DNA of 39,795 nucleotides from Batkoa obscura (Eukaryota): NCBI GenBank assembly GCA_030770535.1, contig JASVEC010000156.1, positions 1 to 39,795 of the forward strand, read 5' to 3'. Shown piece by piece: positions 25,305 to 36,478 of this stretch (position 1 is its first letter; each line of letters starts with the position of its first letter). The notes under the pieces were generated by a model. It saw only the letters and a program-made list of their open reading frames with translations, ran no database searches and was not told where the DNA came from. The position numbers and the translations under genes were made by a program.

Positions 25305-27666
25305 GGGGCTGTCCTAATTGGTTTCAAAATCTACTTAGAAATTAATCCAAATTTAAAATTTTAAGTTTGTGTCCAATATAACGGTTAAATCTAAAAAGCC
25401 TAAAATTAAATGTCTCTATTTAAAACTTATTTTAATTGTTTCCTTTTCTTAAATAGCTAATTTTCCTAATTATATAAATACACTTATTCGACTTTATTGT
25501 TGAAATAAAAATAAAATGCAACTTTCATAACTAAACTTCGAAATGGAATTTTTGAAAATTTCAATACAATAGGGAGGAGTACACAATATAAACATTGTAA
25601 TTTATTTACATCAATTTTAAGAGCTACTTATAACAACCCAAGGTTTATGGAATTTTATAATAAAACAAAACAAAGAAAAGATATGTTATCAAAGTTTACT
25701 ATCGATAATAATAAACTTAATCAAGTAATGTATAAAATTAGTGCTTTAAGGGAAACAGGAAACAAAAATCAGCAAGTAGCGTTATTATCAACTATAGCTT
25801 CAGTATGTTCTTTTGATGAATGTAAGAGTTTTGGGTTTAATATAAATAGAAATCAATATGATTATTCAAAAACAAGCAATAATAATAAAATATCAACATT
25901 AAAACCTATTATTAAAAATACAAAAAAATTAAAGATGACCAAATTGAAACTATCATACAATATTTACTAAATGATTCAACTATTTCATCAATATTTAATA
26001 AAAAAAACAACGATAGTAGATATTCATCAGATAATATATATATTAAATAAAAGTAGAAGAATGATATATAGTAAATATTTGAATGATCTAAGAGACAAAG
26101 CAGTAGCTAGGTCAACGTTCTTTAAATATATACCAACTAATTTCAAAAATCCAGCAAGAAAAACGGATCTATGTAATATATGTGCCCAGTATATAGAAAA
26201 AGGTTATTTGAAAATAAAACAAATACAGCAATAAAAAACAAAGCAGAGATACAAGAAATTTTCAACAAAGAAGAAAAATTATACAAATTACATAAATTCT
26301 GTGTTGATACTCAAAAAAACACATTTAATGAAACTATTAAAAAATTAAATAACAAAAGTTGTATAATAGTTTTAGATTTTAAACAAAATATGGAAATAGG
26401 GACAAGACCAGATTCAATAAATCTAGATCATTATAATAAACAAGCTATATCAGTATTAGGCTTTGGTGTATTATATTTAAAAGATGATAAAACAATAGGC
26501 AAAGTTTACTTTGATTATTTATCTGAAATATTGAATCATGGTTCAGCATATGCAGGAGATTGTTTAATCGATTTGATCTCTACAGAGCTTCTATTTAAAA
26601 AGTTTACAAAAATTAATATATGGGCAGATACACGAAATCATTTTAGATTCCAAGAGTTTCTACATTATATGTTTAAAGAAATTCATAAAATAAATAGTAG
26701 TTTGAATGTTAATCTTAATTTTTTTGCTGAGCATCATGGAAAAAGTATAGTTGATGGACATTTTGGGAACCTTTCAAAATAGAAAAGTAGTTTTGAAGCG
26801 TTAGGTAAAATAGAAGATATCGATCAATTAATTTCAAGATTTGAGGCTTTTATTTGCGAGCATAATAAAATTAATAACTCGATTGTTAAAAATGAAAAAA
26901 CAGATATAATTTTTAAAAAGTATGAAAGAAACAAAAATACAAAAAGAATAATAGAGATGCAGGGCATTGAGAAGTATTTACATTTTATTAAACATAACAA
27001 TAAACTACATTGTTATCCAGTATCTGATACATCAAAAAAAAAGCGATATAGTTCCAATTAAAGTTATAGAGTCTATAGAAAACAGAAAAATTAAAAGATC
27101 GATCCCAGCTTACCTTACGAAGATAACAAAGAATTTAAAAATTTCGATATTTACTAAGCAAGTAAGTATTTTGTTGAATGATAGAAATAGATTATTAAAT
27201 GTTAAGATTACTTAAGTTATTAATAGCTAAGTTAATAAATAATCAAAGAACAAGTAACTGTAATAATATGTAAAAACTATTATTACTTGCACTATATAGG
27301 GATGGTTAATTATAGTTTTGGGGCTAACCACTCCCTCCCATGCAGCTATTTGCTAACTTGGCAATATATTAATAATGTAGTTATAACATTAAAATAGTTT
27401 ATTTATTTGATAATAAATCTAAAATGTTGGTTATAAAGCAGTTGATAATAAATATTTCTCAATTAAGCTTTATAAGAACATATATTTAAGATCTAGTAGA
27501 AATTCAACTAGCTTACAGTATAAACTATAATAGAATGATTTAGAACTGTGTTTGGGTACTTTTGTTTTAATAAAAGATATGATTTTATAGAATTTTAAGC
27601 GAAGTTTTTAAAATACAAAATTTTTCAAAAATTGGATAAAATAATGAAACTAATTAAGACAACCCC
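25305..27666 (+). mobile_element. 2362-bp TIR DNA transposon, Sola-like (best fit Sola2), full length but with an inactivated transposase
   Basis: Left TIR GGGGCTGTCCTAATTGGTTTCA vs right TIR (reverse complement) GGGGTTGTCTTAATTAGTTTCA, 19/22 identical. ATAT on both flanks; internal DDD-type transposase fragments. Confidence 0.9.
25647..27215 (+). pseudogene. Transposase (DDD/E), split by frameshifts and a TAG stop
   Basis: ORFs 25647, 25971, 26180 and 26967. Motifs RSTFFKYIP, TDLCNIC, IVLDFKQN, INIWAD...HFR and NFFAEHHGKSIVDGHFG (compare Sola2 FFxxxHGKxxxDG). Stop at 26780-26782 (probably TGG>TAG); several shifts fall at A-runs. Confidence 0.85.
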
Positions 27667-28011
27667 ATATTAATTTCTACTTGTATCAAATCTAAGATCT
27701 TTACATCAAAAAAATATATTAAAGCTATAGTTGATAATAACGCTACTTGTTGGTTTTTACTTCCTGTTTCCTTTAAAGAATTAATTTTGTATACTATTTA
27801 ATTAAGTTTATTATTATCAATATTAAACTTTAATAGTTATTATTATTATTATTATTATAAAATTCCATAAACTATAGGTTATTATAAATAGCTGTTAAAA
27901 TTAATGAAAATAAATTATGTTTATATAGTATGCTTCTCCCTATTATATTAAAAATTTTAAAAACTTCAGATTAATTTTTAAATAAATTCTGAAACCAATT
28001 TGGACATCTCT
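27667..28011 (-). mobile_element. Older inverted, internally deleted left-end fragment of the same Sola-like family
   Basis: About 27667-27963 is the reverse complement of about 25550-25860 (AAGCTATAGTTGATAATAACGCTACTTG). It ends in a TIR, TGAAACCAATTTGGACATCTCT, followed by ATAT. Confidence 0.85.
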
Positions 28012-28085
28012 ATATCAAAGCGAAAGAAAGTGAGAGTAATTGAAATATTTTTTTGAACTCTCATTATCACTCTTATACAAGAGAT

Positions 28086-28181
28086 GGGATGTTTTTTCGT
28101 GTTTAGGAATTTTATTAACAATCTTTCCACTCAAATAGCGCTTAAAAATGGAAAAATAATGAAATCAAAAAAAACATCCCC
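28086..28181 (+). mobile_element. ~98-bp MITE copy 10
   Basis: AGAT-GGGATGTTTTTTCGTG...AAAAAAAACATCCCC-AGAT; TSD AGAT. Confidence 0.93.
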
Positions 28182-29070
28182 AGATGTTAGAAAATTATAG
28201 TAGATTTAGTTCATTTAACCTATGATTTAAATAACAAAAATTTTACTAAAAATAATGATATAAAATTTATCTAAAAGCTAATTTATTTATTATAGTATTC
28301 AATATTGCAGTTTAAAGTTGCTTGATTAATCATAATATCAAGTATTAAAGTTTAGCTCCATTGATATGAAACTACTTTAAACAATAAAAAATATAAATAA
28401 TCTAATGATTTATTACTTTTTTTGAAAAGCTTCCGCCTAAGTATCCTATTAACCGAAACATAAGTGATAAATGGTAGTAACAGTAACTACTGGGGACTAT
28501 GTCATCCCTTTAGGGTTGATGAAAGAACAAAAAAAGAGTTTAAATCCTTCTTATTTTGTCTTACTATGAAAGGCAAAGCGGGATCTAAGTTATTTTCTGT
28601 ATCCATAAAGATTCATACTGGATCGACAGACTAACAGAATTAAAGGTTAAGAACGAAAGTGAAATAGAGTTAATTTATTTTAAGTCAAAACTTTTGTGAA
28701 GATCATAAAGCTCTGTAGCCAGAATTAGGAACCAAGTCAGGAGTAAAACCTTAGGTATAAGGTGCGATACTAAATCAAAAGGAATAAGGCCCAGGAAAGG
28801 TTGGTGTTGGTGTTGGAGTTAGTGATAAGGAGGACTCAAAGTGCTAATATAATAGTACAGGAATTTGGTCTATAAATAGTATAAGGTCTGATATGTTAAA
28901 ATGAAGATAAAAGTGTTAGATTAGAAGAGAACATAAGGATATGGTGAAATGGTAAGAGCAACACGTATGGGTAATGGTAAAGGATAGTAGAAAGTTTTGA
29001 GTTTAACTCTTTTTCTATAGAGAGGTAGTAAAAAGATAGATATGAAGGCTATAAAAAAGAGTGAACATAT

Positions 29071-29168
29071 AGGGGTGTGTTTTTGTGTTTAAGAATTTTA
29101 CTACCAATTTTTCTATCCAAATAGTGCTTAAAAAATGGGAAAGTAATGAAATCAAAAGAAATATTCCC
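29071..29168 (+). mobile_element. ~98-bp MITE copy 11
   Basis: ATAT-AGGGGTGTGTTTTTGTGTTTAAG...ATATTCCC-ATAC. Confidence 0.88.
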
Positions 29169-29299
29169 ATACTACACAATGTTTTATTATAAGACGTAGC
29201 AAAAAATGAATTAAAATCAAGATTAATTGTAGAGACTTTAACTTTTTTGTAAAAAGAAAAGTGATTTTATGTAAGCTCAAAAATCAAGGGTTATTGACT

Positions 29300-29900
29300 T
29301 CAATAATTGAATTTTATACTCTTTAGTTGCCTTAAATTGCCAAAATACTTAATATTAAATTCAAATCCATAAGTTTCATTGATTTATAACTCTAAATCAG
29401 AAGTAAAATTTACATTTGGACCAAATTTAATAGGAGTAAAATTAAGTTTGCAAAAAGTTAAAAATAGTATCGTTAATTGATTAAATTTCATTTTGATGAT
29501 ATCCAACCTATCAAAATTCGTTTTTTCTGAAGTTCGTATTCTAAGTAACCTCAATATACTCAGGCTTAGCAACTTAATTACATTTCTAATACACATATTG
29601 TCTCCAAAAAAGTCAAATGTTTTGAACTGATTAAAATATTCACTAAATAGGCCTAGGTATTGTTCGTCCTTAAAAGTGGCTATGGTCATTTCTTTCAATT
29701 TCGACAATACAATAACTACTCTAATATTATTATCATTAAAACACCTGTCATAAATATCACGATTATAGAAATAAAACATAGATTTAAATCTGGACAATTA
29801 TTTAAATACACTGTAATCTCATTTTCAATATATATATATGTTTTATTAATCCACTGTTTCTTTAATAATTTCACAAAAACACACCCTTCATTTTTATAGC
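29300..29900 (-). pseudogene. F-box-like/LRR-like paralog F, middle fragment
   Basis: ORF 29384-29797 has LFSEYFNQF, LDIIKMKFNQL and NFTSDLEL; after the stop it continues KYFGNLRQLKSIK. Boundaries approximate. Confidence 0.8.
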
Positions 29901-30446
29901 ATTTTTGTTTAATTTACTACTTTAATAAGTCAAACCCAAGAAAAAGTTGAACCTTGGGGTTTAAATTAGCTCATAGCTAATATTGTACAATTATAAATCA
30001 AATATTTGAAATAAAAAATTAGATATTTGCAGTATTAAATAATGAATATGTAACATATTGATTTAATATTTATGTTTTTAGTATTTAAGATCTTTTGATA
30101 TTTTCTATTTTTATCTTATGCCTTTTTTTAATTTATTAATTATACATTATTTATTATTAGCAAATGATATTGATAGTAAATTATTTTTATTAGTAATAGT
30201 ACTTTAAATTTATTATGTAAGGTAGTAATTTATTATTGATTAATTGTTTATTAGTTATACTTTTATTAGAAAATTATTACTGTATCTCGCTAAATAAAAA
30301 TGAAGTCAATTAAAGTGCGGTTCAAAAGAGAAGACCTTAATTTATTTATAATAAGAAGAAATTGGGGATGGTAATTAAAATATTGATTGTAAAGTATAAA
30401 AAGATTAAAGATCCAACAAAAAAAATCATCAATTCAATAACAAATC

Positions 30447-30662
30447 ATGAAATTATTACCCCTAATTTATTTACCAGCTATAGTATTAAGTTTGCCGACT
30501 GGAAGCGGCCATCGTCATCATCATAAAAATACTGTTGAAAGAAGACAATTCGAAGGTTTATTAAAATTGGGTGGTGAAAATGGTCTTATCCCTGGGTTTG
30601 CTGGCTCTCCTTTTGATCAAGTACTTTCAAGACTTTCACAAATGATGGGTGGTCCAGCTTAA
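30447..30662 (+). CDS. Small secreted prepropeptide (signal peptide, His-rich pro-region, RR Kex2-type site, 38-aa mature peptide)
   Basis: MKLLPLIYLPAIVLS-LP signal and ERR|Q dibasic site. Higher GC than the flanks; TATAAAA about 50 nt upstream (30395); good ATG context (AAATCATG). Confidence 0.8.
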   Translation: MKLLPLIYLPAIVLSLPTGSGHRHHHKNTVERRQFEGLLKLGGENGLIPGFAGSPFDQVLSRLSQMMGGPA

Positions 30663-31041
30663 TCTATTTTATTAAAAATAAAACTAGTTATCAATTTATA
30701 GTCTTATTACTGTATAATGAAGTTATTTTATTGTTGGTATTATAAAGCCTATTCATTATTATATAGATTGATAGTTTTAGAGTTTATAAAATATCTATAA
30801 ACTTCGACTATTAATCTATCAGAATATTGTAACTATTGAGTTATTTTGATTTTCAGTTTAAAGTTTACATCAACTGGATGAATGTCATAGCCTCGAAGCA
30901 CAATCTAGATCTATTTAGCTGATTTTAATCTGCTTCATAATAATACTTCATGTGATCACTTGATTTCAAAATCATAGCTATAGATCATAGATGATTTTAT
31001 TAAGCTCTTTCTTACTTTTATTTTATTTTAAAACAATAATA

Positions 31042-32114
31042 CTGTTTGATCAATTAACCAACATATTAATAGAAGAGATATTCGAGCTAGTCCATCCAGA
31101 ATAATAGTTGATTTATGTTTTTTAATTTACTATATAATCATGACAATGCCAATAAGTATTCATGTTTTCAGTAACATTTCATTAGGAGGTACTGATCATT
31201 AAAGCACGTAAGCGTAAAATCCATGCATCAACAATTTTTGTTATTGTCCAAATATAACATCTGTTTACTATTCAAGTGAACCAGATGATGATATAAGTAA
31301 GGTTAATAGTGATACTTGAAATGCAAATGTTCATAGTAACAGTAGTAACGATAAACTTAATGAGCTCATAAATTATTTTTATAGTTATTATGACAGTGAT
31401 AATAATAATAATACAGACAATGATTACAAAGCTAAAAAGTTAACTCCCAGGCTGCTAAAATTAATAAAATTAATTATGTACATTTTACTTATATGACCGT
31501 ATTCACGTGTATTTGGTAAATATTTAGGTCAAATTGGAGTGTTCAAGTACAATAATTGTGATATAACGTTTATACATGTTACTGATGGATTAAGCCCAAA
31601 TAGATTAAATCCATTTGGATTATATTGTGGTGATTTGTACATTAATAGGTTCGATATAAAACAAAATATACAAATTTAAAGGTACTTAAGATAACACTTG
31701 GAGAGTTTGGTAGTAATGATATAGAATTTAACCCTAATTTAAACCTCATTGTTTAAGAAAATTTAGGTCCAGGTCATCATATTAATGTAAAGGATAATTT
31801 AGCCAAATATAACTTTATAAAACAAATTAAGATCAGTAATTTTGAAGCCATATTTGACGATTTTCTTTGTTTCTTTATTTCTTTATTTCTTTATTTCTTT
31901 GTTTCTTTATTTCTTTATTTCTTTATTTCTTATTCTTTTTCCCAAATTTATAAGTGTTGAAAATTACATACAATTTTAAATTAATAAATGTCTAAAGAAA
32001 TCAATTGAATTAGCTACCCCATCATTACTTGTTGCATCTATTGAGCTTATGGATAACAGTGCAATTAGTAATGCAATGGAAACGATTGTAATGCTAAACT
32101 GCGTGAACTTATGA
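31042..32114 (+). pseudogene. F-box-like/LRR-like paralog G (decayed)
   Basis: LFDQLTNILIEEIFELVHPE*, an N/D-rich linker, FGKYLGQIGVFKY, FIKQIKIS and terminal MLNCVNL*; many stops. Confidence 0.82.
31862..31930. repeat. 8-bp tandem repeat (TTTCTTTR)n
   Basis: About eight units of TTTCTTTA/TTTCTTTG inside pseudogene G. Confidence 0.9.
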
Positions 32115-33001
32115 TGGATTTGCACTCTATACTATATAAAATATTTAGTGTTTAAGGAACAAGATAGGATGATCAATTTACCAATATTGCTTTTTATCAA
32201 GTTCTATGAATTCTGTTATTAACTATTAGAAGCCCATATATTTTTGCTTTATTTTATTAAACCTTTGGTTGTAGCCTCTCAGCTTTTTACTCTACCCTTC
32301 CAGCAAGTCCTCCTTTTTGTTCTCTGAATAGAAAATCTTTGTAAATTTATAAGCGGATCAAGTATTTCTCATTTATTTCTCTTTGAAACAAAACTAAATG
32401 TTGATAAAACCATATATTTTTCAAGGTACCTTTTTATTATATTTTCACATTAGCATTATTTTGTGCTTTTTATTTATTTCTAGAAATTACATTCAAAAAT
32501 ATGCTTTAAAAGCATCACCTTGGATTTTTTTATTTCAAAAAAATAAAACATTTGAAAATTCACAAATATTTAATATATTAAAGTGAAATATTAATTGCGT
32601 TTGAACACTATTTATAGTATTAACCAAAATCATTTTTATAGCCTTTTATTGCCCTTTAAAGCCTGGTATTCAACATAATTAGCAAATTAATCAATTATAC
32701 CCAATTTTTCTATTCAAAATAAACAACGCTCAATTTGATTTAATTAATTTCAAGTCCATTCAAAAATTAGACTTCAATTTTAACAATTGAGACTACCAAA
32801 TTTAGCTCAAATCACTTAATAAATTACCAAGAACAAGAGCCCACCAATCACCTAAATCGATTAAGAACCACCTAAGCTAAAAATTTGATTAAAGTAACAA
32901 AAAAATTACTCAATTGTTAAGGCTCAACTCTCTAAATTAATTTATTCTTATCTTTTTTACAATTTTATATATTATCAATTTAATTTCAATAACTTAAAAC
33001 A

Positions 33002-34019
33002 ATGTATAGTCAACGTTTATTTGTTATTCTCTTTGCTTTACTAAGCTTGAACTCTATTCTATCAAATACTTTAGGTAATTTCATTAGTCCCATAATTCAT
33101 CCCATGTTAAATTTAAAGAATTTTAGAAAGACGAGAGGGTTGTTTGTCTGAAGGAGATTGTCGAGCTCAACAAATTGAACGATGTAGTTGTGATTATACT
33201 CAACAATGTGTAATACGCCCGCGTAGTTGCTGGGAATGTCAAAAAGAAGAATGTATACCAATTAAAGATTCAAATAAACCTAATGAAGTTAATGTAGCTT
33301 TAATTGCATCGACTTCAGTTGGTTCAGTTATTGTATTGATATTGATTATTGGTGGTGTATTTTATTTTAGAAACAAAAAGGAAATTGAAAAACATGGTGG
33401 CATCCATACATATGTTAGATATCGAGCTAATAGGGATTCTATTATTATGATGGTAAAGATTCAAGTTTATAATTATTAATTTTTATTCATTTCAATTTAA
33501 TTATAGACAGGAGACGAAGATGTCGAATTATTAAATAAAAGGCTATCCATGTTAAGTTTATCCGGAGAAAGTCAACGAGGTTCTGTTTTATTAACAACAA
33601 AAAAGCATAATTTTGATACAAATAATAAACAAAAAGCTAAGGTTATTAAAGTGGAACAGGATATCGAAGATTTGTTTGAGCCAGGAACTATTATTGATGT
33701 TGCTCAAAATGGTAATAGAAATTCTAATCGAGTTAGTTTATTTAAGAATCCTAGTTTCAATGGTTCTACTCATTCCGAAGTTTTAATTGCTCCAACTTCA
33801 TTTCAAACTAGAATGCCAACTAAGCTTCATGATAAAGATGGAAATCAAAGACCAGTTTCTATTGCTTCATTTCAAACAGAAATTTTAGAAAACCCATATA
33901 ATTTGAATGATAGTATCAATGAAGAGTCAGATAACAATACTTCATTTCATTCTATTATTGTAAATAATAATCTACATGAGATTCAACTGGAAAGTAAAGA
34001 ACTAAACAATGAAAAGTAA
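33002..34019 (+). CDS. OPY2: Opy2-like single-pass membrane anchor (8-Cys ectodomain)
   Basis: Exons 33002-33074, 33127-33452 and 33507-34019 splice in frame. Signal peptide; GCLSEGDCRAQQIERCSCDYTQQCVIRPRSCWECQKEEC (8 Cys, Opy2-like spacing); TM helix; disordered cytoplasmic tail. Confidence 0.75.
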
Positions 34020-34106
34020 ACTTAAAATAAGAAGTGTGAAAAAATAAATAATTATATGTATTATGAATTTTTATTGTTTTTTGTTTTATTATTTATTTTT
34101 AAAAAT

Positions 34107-36010
34107 TTAATTTTTTGTTATTATTTGCCATAACCATTCATCTTTTTCTAATGTATGTATATTATTATTACCGTTTTGTTGGTTTTGTTTTAATTCTATT
34201 AATTGATCCCACATTTCAATATCAACACTTGAATCTAATAACAAAACTTTAGATTTGATATAAGCTAAGAAGGAGATGGGCAAGTAGCAGGGAGTAAATA
34301 GGTGAAATGGAATAGAATACCAAACATAGTTTAAATAAATTGGTAAATTTAAATTAATTATGTTAATTAAATATAAACTTAGAAGTATTTGTTGATCATA
34401 TGTAAATGAAATTCTATTATTATTATTTATACTTTCAGTATAAAATTGAAAAATGGAATTTTGTGCTGCTGCTTCTACAATTGATATTTGTTGAAATTTA
34501 CCATTTTGTATCATTTCTTTAATTAATTCATTAGCTTGAATATAATTTTTGGTTTGAGTATAATAAACTAATAAAATCAAATTATATTCTGGATCATTAT
34601 AACTTTCAATATCTTTAATTAATAAATTAAATGAAATTTTAAATTGTGGGTAATGTTGGTATTTTAATAACAACTTTAATTGTTCTTGTGTTAATTGAAT
34701 ATTATTATGTTGGTTCACGTGTTGATAATATCTATTAAATAATAAAAAGGTACTCGGATCTTTACTATTATCAACTAATAAAATCAAATATTTCATCATA
34801 GTTTCTACATTGCTCCTTTCTTTACTTCCCAATATATTATTTTCGTTTCTAATGAATTGATCAAAAAACACATGTAATACCTTACGACTATATTCAGGTT
34901 GAAGTAAAGCAAATTTAAATAAAATAAAATAACATTCAATATCTTTTTGATTCATTGAGTTAAATCGATCAATCATTAATTTGTAATTGAATTTATTGAA
35001 AGATAATAATATTAAACTTAATTTTAAATGTTTTAAATCATAAATTATTTCCTCTTTTAACATCTCTTCTTCAATTAATTGTAGCTTTATTCTTAATTGT
35101 TCATTATATTCATTACTAGTATGACTTTTTTCTGTTGAAGTTAATAATTGACTAATATCTATTTCTATATCTCTACTATTTATATTTATATCTTTAATAC
35201 CACTAGCTATCGATGTTTCATTTAATAAAGTAATAAAAAAAGGAGTATATTGTTGAATATTATTAAATTGAATTCCTAACTCATTTAATTTGCATTTAAT
35301 ATTTAACATCAATTCAAATTTATCCATCTCATTTAACTTTACTTTTTCAATTGTTTGAAATAACATGTCAAATTGGTTACTATTAAATAAAAACAGCTTT
35401 TGATAATAACTTTCAATAATATTAAATAGATCATAAATTAATTGTATAAACTTATTTTTATCTCCTTCATTAATGGCCAAAAATTCACAATAAGTATAAA
35501 TTATTATATTCATTTCATTCCTATGTATGTAATTTTTTTTTTCAATTTTGGAATTTAATATTAATTTCATTCCCTCTTCATCTTTATTTAAAATACTTCT
35601 CTTTAGTTTAGTATAAAATGTAAGCATCTCTAATAAATTATAATTCTCGAAACTTGGCTGAATTAATTGATTTAATATTGAATGTTGTTCAACGCTTTGC
35701 TTAAGTTCAATAAGTTCTTCTTTTGTTAATTTAAATACAGATTTGATATTTTCAATATCGCCAGAAAGACTATTCTGAATAATTTTTTGATTTTCTATTT
35801 GAGACATGTTATTTTTGGTATCATGATCTGCACTTAAAGTAGAAGCATTAGTAAACTAAAAAGAAATTAAACTCTTGTTATCTATAATTAAATGAAAACT
35901 ATTACCTCCTTTAACAATTTAGATTTTACAGAGTAGTTAGAATTGAAAAAACAAGTTGAAGCTAATTTATTAGTAAGTATACGAGTTATTAATTGTTTTC
36001 TATATACCAT
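34107..36010 (-). CDS. Probable mitochondrial helical-repeat (PPR-like) protein
   Basis: The first exon from 36010 encodes a basic, acid-poor presequence (MVYRKQLITRILTNKLASTCFFNSNYSVKSK) and splices in frame to ORF 34107-35807. PPR-like motif YNLILLVYYTQTKNYIQANELIKEMIQNG. Confidence 0.6.
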
Positions 36011-36478
36011 TGTTAAAAATAGTTTAATTGATATTAGCAGAAAATTATTAATATTTTTTAAATCTGATTTCTTATCGGATTTTAAAAAAAATCCCACAAA
36101 GTTTCGGATTTAATTAAATTTAGGTTTAAGATTTCGAAATTTAGCTATTCATTTGTGATATAAAAATTAATTCATTTATTAGAAATTTGACTCATTAAAA
36201 TAAAACTAATAGTTTTTTTATTAAACCTATTAATAGTTATATACTAGTAAATAAAAACATACTATACACTTCAATTTCCAATATAATAAATATTTAGTTA
36301 TTATAAAATAGTGCTATAAATCATTAACTATTTTTAAAATTTTAGTAAAAAAACTCAATAACTTATATTCATATTAAATTTTATTTCCATTATATTTATT
36401 TAAAATAATGTATTATATCTTGAAAAAATTCTCAATTTAATCGATATGGGACTAACATACTAACTATTAAATTATTTA

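Noticed and set aside
25900..27050. Programmed frameshifting in the transposase
   Set aside because: Several shifts plus an in-frame stop are better explained by decay or homopolymer errors.
686..29168. The ~98-bp repeats as a CRISPR array or as tRNA/SINE genes
   Set aside because: They are dispersed, occur in both orientations, and have TIRs and TSDs. There is no regular spacer structure, A/B box or poly-A tail, and the context is eukaryotic.
32398..32586. 62-aa hydrophobic ORF
   Set aside because: AT-rich intergenic composition (F/I/L/K) and no recognisable motif.
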